Shown here piece by piece: positions 1-13,774 of a stretch of 64,000 nucleotides of DNA; position 1 is the stretch's first letter; the number at the start of each line of letters is the position of its first letter. Made by a program: the position numbers and the translations under genes. Below the pieces are notes generated by a model. It saw nothing but the letters and a program-made list of their open reading frames with translations, ran no database searches and was not told where the DNA came from. The stretch is taken from positions 4,898,001 through 4,962,000 of the forward strand of contig CM022676.1 of assembly GCA_012295275.1 (NCBI GenBank), in the 5' to 3' direction. Source of the stretch: Chrysomallon squamiferum (taxonomy: Eukaryota > Animalia > Mollusca).

Positions 1-59
1 ATGGTAGTATGCAGCGTAGTATCAATAGTAGTAAAAGTAAAAACATACGCAACGGTTGA

Positions 60-470
60 AAGTAATATTAGTTTTAGTAACAGATGACGTGTAGTAGGAT
101 TAGTAGTAGCAGTAATAGTAGTAGTGGAAGTAGTAGCAGTAGTAATAGCAGTAGTATAAGTGGTAGTAGTAGTAACAACAGCAGTAGTAATAATAACAAC
201 AATAATATTACTAGTATAGCAGAAGTAGCAGTAATAACGCACCTAATAATTGTAGTAATAATTACGTGAGCTGTATAGTATTAATAGTAGTGGTAGTAGT
301 TCTTGTTTTTGTTGTTGTTTGTATAGTAGTAGTGGTAGTAGAGTAATAGTAATAGTAGTTGTAATAACAGCAGCAGTAATAATAACAACAATAATATTAG
401 TAGTATAGTAGAAGTAGTAGTAGCAATAACACATGTAACAGCTGTAGTAATAATATTAGTATTGGTGTAA

Positions 471-502
<32 letters not shown>

Positions 503-560
503 ACAGCAGTAGTAGCAGTAGTAGTCGTAGTGGTAGCAGATGTATTTGTAATAGTAGTAA
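60..560. repeat. Degenerate (TAG/TAA/CAG)n low-complexity tract
   Basis: Direct reading; similar tracts at ~13000-13380, 14080-14500 and 31100-31270. Confidence 0.85.
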
Positions 561-792
561 CATTTATTTTCACTCATAGTTCTGTTTCTTTTTCTTACTC
601 AGTTTTATTTTTCACCACTTGAACTGTTTTTTTCCTTGTATTGTCTGATAAAGATTTTCGAGGAAATTTTATTTCTTATCGAGGTTATCTCAACAATTTG
701 TTATCTTTTCTTTAAAACATCGCACCTTTGTCTTCTTCGTCTTTGTCGTGAGAGCTAGCCAAGTTACCTGTGATAAAGAAAACCAGGTGAGT
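560..792 (+). promoter_or_regulatory. Putative promoter / non-coding first exon of ZP gene A
   Basis: Near-identical to 14500-14736 upstream of gene B; both end in the strong donor AACCAG|GTGAGT (intron starts 787). No usable ORF. Transcript start unknown. Confidence 0.5.
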
Positions 793-1379
793 CTGTGTGT
801 TTATTTAAAAATATATATATATTTCTTAATTCTTGTATAATTTGACGTATTACCTAAGTGTAATATACTATTTATTTATTTTTTTAATTTTTGTTTATGC
901 GTCTTTAAAAAAAAGAAAATTTGTTATATATATATGTGTGTGTGCGCGCGCGCTCACACACACACACACACACACATACATATTTATTCATTTTATTTCT
1001 TTTATTTTCGTATCTCTTATTTTTTACCTCTATTTTCCTATTTTTATTATATTTTTGATATATACGTTTCTATGAGTGTGTATGTATACATATCTATGCA
1101 TATGTATGTGTGTGTATGTGTGTGTCGGAGCAAAGATCATGGTACGTCAAACAACTTTAACCAGTACTTGGTACAAACAGATAACAGTTTTTTCTGCTTT
1201 ATTTTGTCTATTTTTTCGCGCGATTCCTTTTTCTTCTACTGTTTGGATGACGCTCTATTTAAAGATACAATACAATTAATCTTAAAAATAACAACGGAAA
1301 TAATAACTCACTAGAAAATTACAATTTTATGTGTTTACTTTTGTTCTTGTTCTTCTTCTTCTTCTTCTTCTTCTTATTA

Positions 1380-1419
<40 letters not shown>

Positions 1420-1438
1420 TTTCTTATATACAGACAGT

Positions 1439-4400
1439 ATGGCACAGCTAAGCCTGGTTCTTCTGACAATAATAGTAAGTGTTTGATTTACTCGTAGAAT
1501 GTTTGAATTAAATTTTATTTTATATTTGTCAAACACAAATCACTGTCTTAACTAAACTGCTGTAAAGGATCTGGCCGTCTTATTGAAAAAAAAAAAAAAC
1601 AACACATTAACGTGCAATCAGATCAAGCTGTTATGAAGCACGCTGCCCATAGTCACGCTCTCTGTCAAAACAGTAGTATCATCACATTATCATTACTACA
1701 TCCACATCTACTTATCGTCATCACCACTGTTGACATTATAAATATTAATATGACTTTTGTCACAGACGCAGACATCATACTTATTCATATCCTGACATTC
1801 ATAAGCATCGTCATGATAATGATTTTTTTTTAGATTTACAAAATTTGAAATAAATTCATAAAGTACTTCTATCATGTTTTAAATAAATCTAATTATATAT
1901 ATTTTTTTCTTTCGTTTCATAATTTTTATTTATTTTTTATTTATTTATTGATTTTTTTTATTTTTATTTTTTTCAATTATTAATAATAATAATAATCTAT
2001 ATAAGAGGTCGATGAATATATTTATTTATTTATTCGATAGAAGAACAAATATTCTATAAACAGGTCAATGTTCTAAAATTAAAAGGACACAAAATAATAT
2101 TAATAATAATAAGAAGAAGAAGAAGAAAAAAAGAAGAATGATGATGATGATGATAATAATAACAATAACAATAATAATAGTAACAATAACAATAACAGTA
2201 ATAATAACAGTTATAATAATATATTTTTTTTTTTACAGCTGATCATCAGCACCCTACCGACAACAAAACCAACAACACAGAAACCAACAACAACAAAACC
2301 AACAACACAGAAACCAACAACAACAAAACCAACAACACAGAAACCAACAACAACAAAACCAACAACAGCAAAACCAACAACACAGAAACCAACAACAGCA
2401 AAACCAACAACACAGAAACCAACAACAGCAAAACCAACAACACAGAAACCAACAACAACAAAACCAACAACACAGAAACCAACAACAACAAAACCAACAA
2501 CACAGAAACCAACAACAACAAAACCAACAACACAGAAACCAACAACAGCAAAACCAACAACAAAACCAACAACACAAAAACCAACAACAAAACCAACAAC
2601 ACAGAAACCAACAACAACAAAACCAGCAACACAGAAACCAACAACAACAAAACCAACAACACAGAAACCAACAACAGCAAAACCAACAACAACAAAACCA
2701 ACAACAACAAAACCAACAACACAGAAACCAACAACACAGAAACCAACAACAACAAAACCAACAACACAGAAACCAACAACAGCAAAACCAACAACAAAAC
2801 CAACAACACAGAAACCAACAACAACAAAACCAACAACACAGAAACCAACAACAGCAAAACCAACAACACAGAAACCAACAACAGCAAAACCAACAACACA
2901 GAAACCAACAACAACAAAACTAACAACAGCGAAACCAGCAACAACAAAACTAACAACATCGAAACCAACAGGAAATATGTCAGCAACTCCGATAACAATT
3001 GGTTATTTATTTATTTGTCTGTTTCTTTGTTTGTTTGTTTCAGTTAATATAAGTTAAAATTAATATTCTTAATTCTGATATTAAGATTTAACTTTGAACA
3101 TCTGGATATTTAAATTTTGTTGTTATTACTTTATTATTATTATTATTATCAGTAGTTGTAGTAGTACTAGCTGTAGTAGTAGCTATAGAAATAATAGTCT
3201 TTTATAAGCAAGGGAAGAGAAAATAAATGTATACAAATATGTTTTAAGTAGAAGCTGCAGTGAATTTTTGTTAAATATTTTCAGATATATCAACATTGTT
3301 TCAGTTTCTCTTTATGATATGATTATTATTATGGTTGTTGTTGTTGTTTATTTATTTATTTTAAAGTAACGTTTATTTATTGTTATATATTGTTATGTCA
3401 CCTCCTTAAACTTTTTTAACTGAGCAAGAAACAAGATACTATTAATTTAAATATCAAATTAAATATGTGACTGTATATGTCTGATACATGAACATCTAAA
3501 AAATAAGAGAACGCCTTTAAGACCACGTTTTTACATATTTAAATGACACGTGTCAAAGTTTAACAAGTATGTGCAGCCTTATCTAAAAGAGGTCTTTTTC
3601 AACAGTCACACATCCCCAATTACGGCATCCATGTTTATCCCAAAGCTGCAAGTGGGGCAAAATTGGAAGAGTGGGATGTCCTCAAAAATATTGAATCGTT
3701 TCCTCTGCTTATAATAATAGTGTTGTCAGCCCAGTAAATTTCAGATGGGAATTAAAATAGTACAAAAGTTCAGCAGAAAATGATGAGCTATTTCAGATCA
3801 GATTAGAAGGGTTGTATGACAGAATCTACATATTATTTAAAAAAAAAAAAATTGTTTTTTTGTTCCACACTTATCAAGCTTACAACTATATATATATATA
3901 TATGTCATCTCATTATAGTGAATATCTGTCTATTATTCTCCTCTTTAAATCTTGTTTATAAAAATAGATAAGTAATGGTTGATAAAACACTGACATCATT
4001 AGTTACTTAATATAATTTAAATTAAATTTTATCCGGTTTATAAAAGAAATTAAAACAAACAAAAAATATAGATCTGTCTGGAATTTCTTATACAATTAAA
4101 TAAATTATATTTCATTTTATACAATGGTTAAACAATAAATTAATGTCTGTTTTTATATTTTGTTTTAGATTGTAATAAAAATGGTGATATGACTCTGAAC
4201 TCGAGTGAGGAAATTTTGGTTCTATCAAGAAATAGTTGCAAAAACGTTTCTGTTACTTCTAAAAAAGTAACGTTTACCAACTGTATTGTAAGTATACAAT
4301 TATATATTTTTTCTTTGTATTAAAATATATGTTTTCTATTTCATCTGCTTTTATTGTCGCATTTTTTATCAGAATTACATTTATAACACATTAACTATTA

Positions 4401-7400
4401 CATATATTTACAAACACAAACACATACACTCAAAGATACATACATATGTAGATAGATATATACTTACATATATGTATGTGTGTATATGTGTATATATATG
4501 TATGTATGTATGTATATTATAAGTGTTTGTATATATCTATGCATGTGTGTGCATGTGTATGTCATATATACATATACATGCTTACATCCATACATACATA
4601 TATACATAAAGATACTTACATAATACAAATTTTCAAACAAAAATAAAATGCACAAAAATAATTATAAAAGACAAAGAATCAGAAAGCCATGATTACTCTG
4701 TATTACTGAACAATCTTTTAAGGACTTTGAGTGAAGGATGATGTTTGTGAGGTTGTGACTGGTTTTTGTCCTCCTGAATATTATCTATGTGCAGAGTATA
4801 ATCAGACATAGTATATGAGTCAAAGAATATTCATTTCTAAATACATGCACACAAGCATGTACACACTGGTAGGGGAGGATAAAGTCCACTCATAACATCT
4901 GACAAGACTTGAACATATAACATCCATACAGATATACAGACACACATATGTACGTACATCTTCAGTTTTCACACTTGCTTTTTCTTAAATCATCTTTGTG
5001 TAGCAAAAATGGAAAAGCTAATAAATAATTTAAATAGAAAGTTTGTTGTTAATATTTATTATTTCTTGTATTTGGTTTGAATTTACAGAATAAACCAGTG
5101 ACAGTAATGTTAATGAAAACTTTTGGCTCTGAAAGTATCACAGACATTGAATATTCAGTAATATGTCCATCAAATGTTTATTCTGGAGAAACGTTCAGTG
5201 TTACAGGACAATTGTTACATGTCAGGTATGTTTTCTACTTTTTCTCATTATTACTATTATTGTCAACATTATCATCATCATCATCATCATCATCATTATC
5301 AACATTATTATCATTATCTTTATTAGTAATTATATCACAGTATATGTCATTTCTGTTCTTACTGTTATTATTATTAAAATTATTATTGTTATTGTTGTTG
5401 TTATTATAATAATTCTTCATCTCATGCTTACATTTGTTGTTATTATTAAAATTGTTATAGTAGTAGTAGTAGTAGTAGTATACTTTAATATTGTTACTGT
5501 TATTGTTATTTTTTCTGTTATTAATATTTGTCTTTTGTGCTTTATAGACAGTGATATCATATCACTAACACTATTTCTAGATACCAGCTAATATCAAGGG
5601 CTCATATAAAATACCACATATAACAATATATCTTACAAATCACTCTTGTCAGATCAGCTCGATAGAACACAAACTTTATTAATATTTAAAATCTGGTAAT
5701 TTTTTTTTTTAGCTGCAAGAGTGTTTTAGTAAAATGCATTTCCTTTCAAATGGTCAATTTTAAATACCTATCTAGTTGAAAGCATTTCCCGTGTTAATAT
5801 CTTGAAACATTACAGAAAATAAAAATTCTGATTAGAGTTATTCGTTGTTTCAGTACTATGAAACCAATTTCAGAGAATGGATCAGCAAATACTGCACAGT
5901 TTGAAATGTCATTCACAAAAAATGGAAACAATGTAACTACTAATGACTATGTAACACTTGGAGATGTGTTGATAATGAAAATCAGTACTAGAGGATGTAA
6001 GTAGCGATATGACATATGCTTGTTTGTGTGTGTGTGTGTGTGTTTAAGCTTCTTATTATGCAGATGCAGTTTCATGAAAGAGAGAAAAATGTTTTGGGTT
6101 GGAGTTTTTTGTTTGTTTTTCTGTGTTTAGCTTTTGTATTTTTGTAATATTTTTGATTGTTTGCTTGGGTTTTTTTTTTCTTTGTTTGTTTATTTGGGGG
6201 TTTTTTTATCTAGAAATAGAAAAAAAGAATGAAATTAGCTTAAAAAACCCACTCAAAAACCAATACATTACTAACAAAAAGAAAGATATTTATCTGGATG
6301 TACATATTAAAAAAATAATAATAAGAAGAAAGAAAGAAAGAAACTAGATATCCCAAATTTAAATGAACCCACAAACATGTCAAGTTATAGGATTAAGAAA
6401 CAAATGAACCAATCACGTAGATGTGAATTTTTTTTTTTTGTCCCAATAATCAGTACAGCAGACCTACATTTTGTAATTAAGCAGCCATTTGCAAGTAGCA
6501 ATGAGGTCTGGGTAGCTATTCTTACCAGGTTTAAATGTAGCCTCTGAAGCTTAAACTTGATTAGTTTCATAAAAGATCCACCCCTGCCAATAATGATTAA
6601 TTCACTCAAATGAAAAGAACGTCAGAAATAATAATAAAAAGAAAATAAATAAATAAATGATGATGATGATGATGATGATAATAAATAAATAAATGCATAC
6701 ATACATACATAAAATATTAAGAAATTCTTTATTATTATCATCTCATATCAATCAATTTTCATGTTTTTTGTTTGAACTGTTCAAGTGAAAATTTCCTATT
6801 TATTATTATTGTTTAAATTGCAGTTAATCCTGCAGGATGGAAACTCATACCAAACACATGCACAGCATATTCAGGAAATGGAAAAAGTCAACATAAATTA
6901 GACCTCATCAAGTACTATTATTACTAGATATTATGATTAAAAGCACCATCATCAGTTACCATTGTATCATTATTATCATCATCATTAGTAGTAGAAGTAT
7001 TATTATTAGTAGTAGTAATAGTAGTAGTAGTATTTGTAATAGCAATAGTATTAGTTGTTATCATTTTAGTCATCATTAATATAATGATCATCATTATTAT
7101 TCAAAAAACTTTGATACAAACAACATACTTGTTATAACTATTGGCATGTAAACAATTTATATATATATATATATATGTTGTAGATCAACTGTCCTACATT
7201 ACCTTGTTATCCCCATCATTGCTGTTACTATTATCATCATTAGTAGTAGTAGACGAAGTATTATTATTAGTAGTAGTAGTTGTTGTTGTTATAGCTGTAG
7301 TAGTAATTAGCATCGTCATTATCATCATTATTATGATTAATATAATTATTAGTAGTATTTGTAGTAGTAGTAGCAGTAATTATCATCATCATAATCATTA

Positions 7401-9352
7401 TTATTATTATTATTATTATTATCAAAAAAACTTTAATGCTAACAACCTACCTGTTATAATTGTTGTCATTGAAATGTTTTTATAAATATGTTGTAGATCA
7501 GGAAATTGTCCACAACCTGAAGCAGATGGCTTAATCAGTCCATTCGAGTGGTCAACTAGTAATAAATTAGAGTTGAAGTCAAAAGTAAAAGTGTTTGAAT
7601 TTAAAGAAAAACAGGCTATTTTGCATACTCTTGTATTTGAGTGTAAAGTCATCATTTGCAATAATCACGACAATCAAACCGTATGTCAGACAGATGTTAA
7701 TGTTAAAGCAGTAAGTATCAAAACGATTTCTAATTTTACAATTTAAATGTAAAAAGAATGAAAAATATAAATAATCTGTATTTTCATTCATACTCACTCA
7801 TCACATCACTTCTGTACTATAATCATCACCATCATCATGATTGTTGTTGTTTTCATTTTAACAGTCATGTCCAGTCATTTGATGCTTGTCATTGAAATTG
7901 AATATAAGGCAGAAATTCATCAAAGTATTTTTTATTTTTTATTTTGAATACAGACAAACTGTCATAATAAGAAACTTCAGGTAAGACGTCGACGTGACAC
8001 AGATTTACTGAACGGTAAACCTGACTCTGCAGCTACACACACTGTTACTGGTGTCCTTCAAATACATAATGCAGTTGTCAATGAAGTCATGTCTGGATCA
8101 GGTATATATAAAAATTTTGTCCACATGTCATCATCCTCTCTCTCACTGATTGTTTCTGTGTGTGTGTGTGTGTGTTTCAAAAGACTCCCTAATCCAGTGA
8201 ATCAAATCTTATAGAATAATGAATTATACAGAATTATTATATTTAATAATACATATGTATATCTTTGCTTAATCCTATCAAATTCAATACAAATTAAAAA
8301 TGATTTTTACCATTTTATGGCTATTGCCTCTTTCTACACAAATGTTGTTGAAAACAGCCATTATTTTTTTTCCTACAATACTATTTAGAATTGTGAAAAT
8401 TAGTTTTGAAAATGAATTATTTTACATTCAAATAAAAATGTAAAGATTTTTACCATTTTATGGCTACGGCCTCTTTCATCACAAATGTTGTTATTTATTC
8501 ATACTTATTATTATTTATTATTATTATTATTATTATTATTTTTTTTTTATTTATCTTTTTTTTTTTTTGAAAATAAAATTGTTATACAGTAGAAACATAC
8601 AAACAAATGCTAGATAATTCTAAAAAAAAAAAATATATATACCAGTGCTGAAAAGGCTTATTAAGTAAATAATATTTATAAACTGAATTATAATTTAAAT
8701 GAACCCTCACATGGTGCAGTAAATGTTTCAGAACACCAGAAACTTAGAAACTTTTATCTTCTGAAAACAAATCTATAACAGGGCCAGAAATAATGTGGGT
8801 AGCTTCTGATGCTAGAAAATATAATCAAACTTCATTAGATGATTTCATATTGTACAAGTTATTTTTTTCTACTCTCAGTTATTCATTCATATCCACTTGA
8901 CAAAGATTGTAATCTAAATATATACAATTTATGATAATTTAAAAAATTCTTCAGCACTATATTCTTTTTTTTTTTGGAAAAAATAAGCAATAAAATGTGA
9001 TGTCTTTATTGAATAAATATTTTAGTATTATAGATACAAGAATCAAAATAAGACAAAATTATTAATATTCTTTATACTTTAAAAAGTTTCATGCCAATAA
9101 TTCAGACTTATTTGAATCATTTGATAATAAATTACAATAATAAATTTGATTAAAAATGTTTTGTACTGTTGTTGGTTTAACTAATTAATGTGAACATTTT
9201 ACCCTGTTCTTGTAGCTGGGTTAATGAAATATTATCAGTTAATTTAATATTGTCATTTTTCTTTATTTTCAGTTAAACTGGAGATGTCGGTCACCCTGAT
9301 TTGTCTTGTTCATCTCTGTTTGGCACTGCTTTACATGAAAGATCAAAACTAA
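1439..9352 (+). CDS. ZP gene A: secreted, probably GPI/membrane-anchored ZP-domain protein with N-terminal mucin-like PTT(Q/T/A)K repeat, ~575 aa, 9 coding exons
   Basis: Hand-spliced join(1439-1474,2239-3001,4169-4287,5089-5225,5854-5996,6824-6911,7497-7710,7954-8101,9273-9352) = 1728 nt; all introns GT-AG, phases consistent, no internal stop. Signal peptide MAQLSLVLLTIILIIST. ZP-N-like region with 4 Cys (DCNK, SCK, NCI, EYSVIC). ZP-C-like region FEMSF..YVTLGDVLIMKI..NTCTA..DLIKSGNCP..VFEFK..LVFECKVIIC..C..C. Then VRRRR furin site, EHP-like HTVTGVLQI and hydrophobic tail VTLICLVHLCLALLY. Same exon structure in gene B. The ZP call is from motif recognition, not an HMM run. Confidence 0.85.
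2257..2970 (+). repeat. Coding minisatellite: ~45-50 copies of a 15-nt unit (AAACCAACAACACAG and variants) encoding KPTT(Q/T/A)
   Basis: Direct reading of exon 2 of gene A. Occasional 12-nt units keep the frame; the + strand is almost purely A/C. Confidence 0.95.
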
Positions 9353-9710
9353 CTTGTTTCATTGTATGGACCTTTTGATGCATTAAAACCTATTATAAAT
9401 TATGCAAAAGAAATAAGAAATTTTTCATTGTAAAATAATAATAATTAATATTGCTTAAATAACATATTTAATATCTTTCTTAATTTTACAAATGTATAAT
9501 ATACACAAAAATTATCCAATGATTGTATATGGATAAATACTTAACTAATTTGAAAAGATTCGGCTTTGCTAATAATGAAGAATGATATTTTTGTTAATCT
9601 CTTATGTTTAAATATTGCCATTTTCTCATCTTCCTTACATAATTATGATATATAAGGAAATTATTTTAACTTCAGTTCTATTTCTTAATTGAATGTAAAT
9701 ATACAGAATG

Positions 9711-9716
9711 AATAAA
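9711..9716 (+). terminator. Candidate polyadenylation signal of ZP gene A
   Basis: AATAAA ~360 nt after the stop, followed by a GT/T-rich tract; conserved at 24233-24238 in gene B. Confidence 0.4.
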
Positions 9717-10783
9717 ATCACTGGTGTCTGATGTAACAAAATAACTGTTTGTATTTCATTTATTTATTTATTTATATTCTTTTGGGTCTATTATTATAAT
9801 AATAATAATAATAATATATTAATTAATAGTAATCATATCTCTCATTTTTCTGGGTACCTGTATCCTAATTTGTGTTATTTCTAATTTTTTATAAACAACT
9901 ATTCCTTTAAATTACAATATATATAGTTATTCAATCACTACCAAACTTTCATTTACATTAAATAATTAATTAACTGACAATCAAATAAATAAAAACCACT
10001 TGCATTCAGTTATTATTTATAAAACATTTTATTAATATTAAATTTTAACATAAGTCAGTATATTTTTAGTATAAATACAAAAACATTTTTACAAAACATT
10101 AGCACCAATGTATATGTAAAATAATAATAATAATAATAAATGTTATGGAAAAATTCTGGGCAGGGGGTAAAATAACAAATCTGAGCACTAACATATAAAA
10201 TATACATTTGTTAATATTAATAATTTTTATGTTTTAAAATATATAATACTGGAATAAGATCTGATATTATATTTGAAATAATATTGTACGAACGGGTACG
10301 AGGTGGTATGAGATCAAGTTACCGAAAAACAAACTCTAGAAATGTTTCGACCTTTGCAACAATTTCTACTCAATAATAGACATCTATATATATATATAAG
10401 GAATTGTTTATATGACATAATTTAACTAATTACCCGGAATGATCATGCATTATAAAGGAATAAATGTTTTAAAGTTTGTAAACATTGACAGACGACAAAC
10501 GCCGCCATCTTTAATTTCGATCGGAAATGTCCGTGTGCGCTCAAAAACCATCACATCAGGGCTTAAAACGTCCAAATTCAATTATTTTTTCGTCTATTTT
10601 TAGTAATTTTTTATGTCAAATTACCACCTGTACACTTTAAAGTAGTTTGTTTTCATTGGAACTGTATATTTAAAAAAAAAAATGGTGTATATTAATTTAC
10701 TGTCGTCAAAAATTGAATGTTAAACATTTATAATAATAATTATTTTTAATTCTGAAAAGAAACGCAACAAAAAATGGGTTGTT

Positions 10784-10817
<34 letters not shown>

Positions 10818-11339
10818 ACTCGTTCCCTGTAAATGACAATATTTACCAACATATCTAATAACCAGAAGGGTACCTTGTTTGGAATGGGAAATAAGCCATT
10901 GTATTCTTTAAGGTGGACTGACTCAGAGACTCATCACAGAAGAAACACAGTTTCTTTTACCTCAGAGCTATACATTTGTTCTATGAGAATTATAAATATT
11001 TGTAGTTTATTATTAGAAATAAGATGATTTACGTTAATTTCAATATTTTACACACAGATTTGATTAGATGATGGACCAACAGTTAAATATTTGTTAATCA
11101 TGTTTGTTAATCCTGCTGAAATTTTTCTTTACAACCTTGATATATTTTTCTTGTAGTAGCTGTAGTAGTAGTTATTATTATTATTGTTGTTGTTGTTGTT
11201 GTTGTCAAAAATAATGATAACAAATATTACAGTAACACACATTTCAGAAAACAATCGAGATAACAAATGTCATTTCTTCCTTCTCTTTGTCCTACTTTTC
11301 TAGTTGAAGATAAATTCAGGCAGACAGGACCTTTAAGAT

Positions 11340-11342
<3 letters not shown>

Positions 11343-11400
<58 letters not shown>
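11343..11400. repeat. (GA)n microsatellite
   Basis: Perfect GA run; paralogous run at 27883-27942. Confidence 0.95.
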
Positions 11401-11404
<4 letters not shown>

Positions 11405-11805
11405 CAAGATTTTGATTATATCTCATGATTCTATAAAATATAAAGTCGTTATATGATTTCTAAAGTGATTTGAAGATATAAAAATAATTAAATATATTGT
11501 AATTTACACATACACATAAAATCTCTCTCTCTCTCCACAGAGATACTAGATTTTATACAAGGCTAAATCTTTTTAATAAACATTAATGGATAAAATTCAA
11601 AATGATACGTTATCAGTCACATGATGTTTACTTCGCGTCAGCAGATAAAAAGTTAATATCCATGTTTTTGAATTGTCTCCCCTTCCTGAATCCATAACTT
11701 ACGAACTGACTGTAAACTGCTTGATATGTATGTGTATTGGTGTGTACGTGTGCATGTACGTGTATGTCTGTATATATGTATGTATGTATGTTTGTATGAG
11801 TGTCT

Positions 11806-11840
<35 letters not shown>

Positions 11841-13009
11841 TGCATGTATACATGTATGTATGTATCCATCTGTGTGTATATATGTGTGTGTGAGGGAGTG
11901 TGTGTTTTTATATATATATGAATGCATATATATATGTATGTATGTATGTATTTAGGAACTGAAATTCTACTGTGTTTTAGATCTCTGAGTAGACTGCACC
12001 TAGAACAATATGCATTAACACAGTCCATTCACAACTTCACAAATGTCTCACGCCGCTGACTTGACTCGAACGTTAAAAAAAAAATAAAATAATTATAAAA
12101 ATCTTTCTTTTCTTTCTGACATGAATGAATTTGGTTTAATCCTTTGTTTGTCTTAATTATCCTACTTACAATAATTCGTTTTATTTCAATTTGAAAAAGA
12201 AAATCAACAATATTTTAATCTTAGCTACTTTTAACAATTAACAGGTCGCGTCGTTTATTTATTTATTTATTTATAATTTTTTATTTTTTATTTTTCATTA
12301 TTATTATTATTTTTTTTTTTCAAATGTCTCCATACATCTGCCTTGGAACACAAAAGTTAAACAAATTAAATTTTTTGTCACCAAGTTTAAACTTCTCCTA
12401 TAGAACTTGTGATTGGCATGTTTGTTTGTTAAGAAATACCCAGATATAAACTGTTTATCTTAAAACTAATTTTCTGACACGAACCGGCATGAAGTGAAAA
12501 ACAAAATTCCTAAACTTATCCTAAAAACTAAAAGACTGTAATGTTTTATCAAATATTCAGATTACTGTCTACGAACAAAGGTATTTAATAATACAATGCA
12601 AAGAAAAATTAATCTTAAGTACGCAGATAAAAATTTCCAGTCAGAAATTTATTTTTTGACCTTTAAAATTTTCGTTGATTTTTTTCATTATTATTTTTAT
12701 TTATTTATTTTTTTCTTTTTTTTTTATTTATTTATTGATTTATTGATTTATTATTATTATTTATTTTTTGATATTTTTTTATTTTATTTATTTATATATT
12801 TTTTTATTTTTTTTTTTTTTTTTTATTCTTTATAAGTAGTATGTATAACATACATTAATTAAGCATTTTCCAGATTAATCAGCAGTTCAAAGTTCATTTT
12901 GTAAACTGTTATCATAACAAAGTCGAATGTTATTAATAGTCAATCATAAACCTTCAGATAAAATTCTTGGTAAAAACGACTTTAAGAAAAATTAATAAAA
13001 GAGCAATGA

Positions 13010-13061
<52 letters not shown>

Positions 13062-13715
13062 GAGATAGCCATCATAATATTTATCGTCATTATCGTTCAT
13101 TATTTTAGTAGTAGTAATATTAATAATACTAATAATAGCTTCTATTGTAGTAGTAGCAATAAAACGTGTTCTTGTCGTTGTAGTAGTAGTAGTAATAGTA
13201 GTAGTTTTAATAGTACTAGTAGTAGCAGTAGTAGTAGTAATAGTGGTAATAGTAGTTATAGTAGTAATAGTAGTAATAGCAGTAGTAGCAGTAATAGTAG
13301 TATTAATAGCAGTAATAGCTATATTAGAAGTTGTAGTAGTAATAGTAATTATGGAAGTAGTAGTGCTAATAGAAATATTAAAGTAGGCTACTTTTTACAA
13401 TCAACAGGGTTAACTCTACGAGTTTTCTTTCTACAGTCATAAGATCAGTAATTCGGCTTCGTTTGTACACCCGACATGCTGAAGAAATTGGTCATACAAG
13501 GAAAAAGATGATGTCCCCCTAAAATTAGCATTTCAGATTTTCTAATTTATCCTTCCTAAATTAATTTCATCACCTAGATCTTTTCACTTTGATTAATTTG
13601 GTGTAATACAAAGAGAAAGGGACGTACGAATTTTCAAAGATTTCATTTTTTTTAGCTTCTTGCGCAAATGAATGATTTTATCCACTTTGGTTTATATTTA
13701 ATTATACTCTGCAGA

Positions 13716-13774
<59 letters not shown>

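Noticed and set aside
84-1536. Many short Ser/Asn/Tyr/Ile/Cys-Val-rich ORFs here and throughout the window
   Set aside because: Translations of (TAG)n, (TAA)n, (CA)n and (TA)n microsatellites with no splice or homology support.
2246-2998. 250-aa poly-Leu/Val and 107-aa CCWF ORFs on the minus strand
   Set aside because: Antisense shadows of the + strand KPTT mucin exon, which has proper splice sites and phase continuity.
6385-6609. Minus-strand ORF MSELIIIGRGG... also seen at 20202-20408
   Set aside because: Intronic in both ZP genes, non-ATG start, and shared only because of the segmental duplication.
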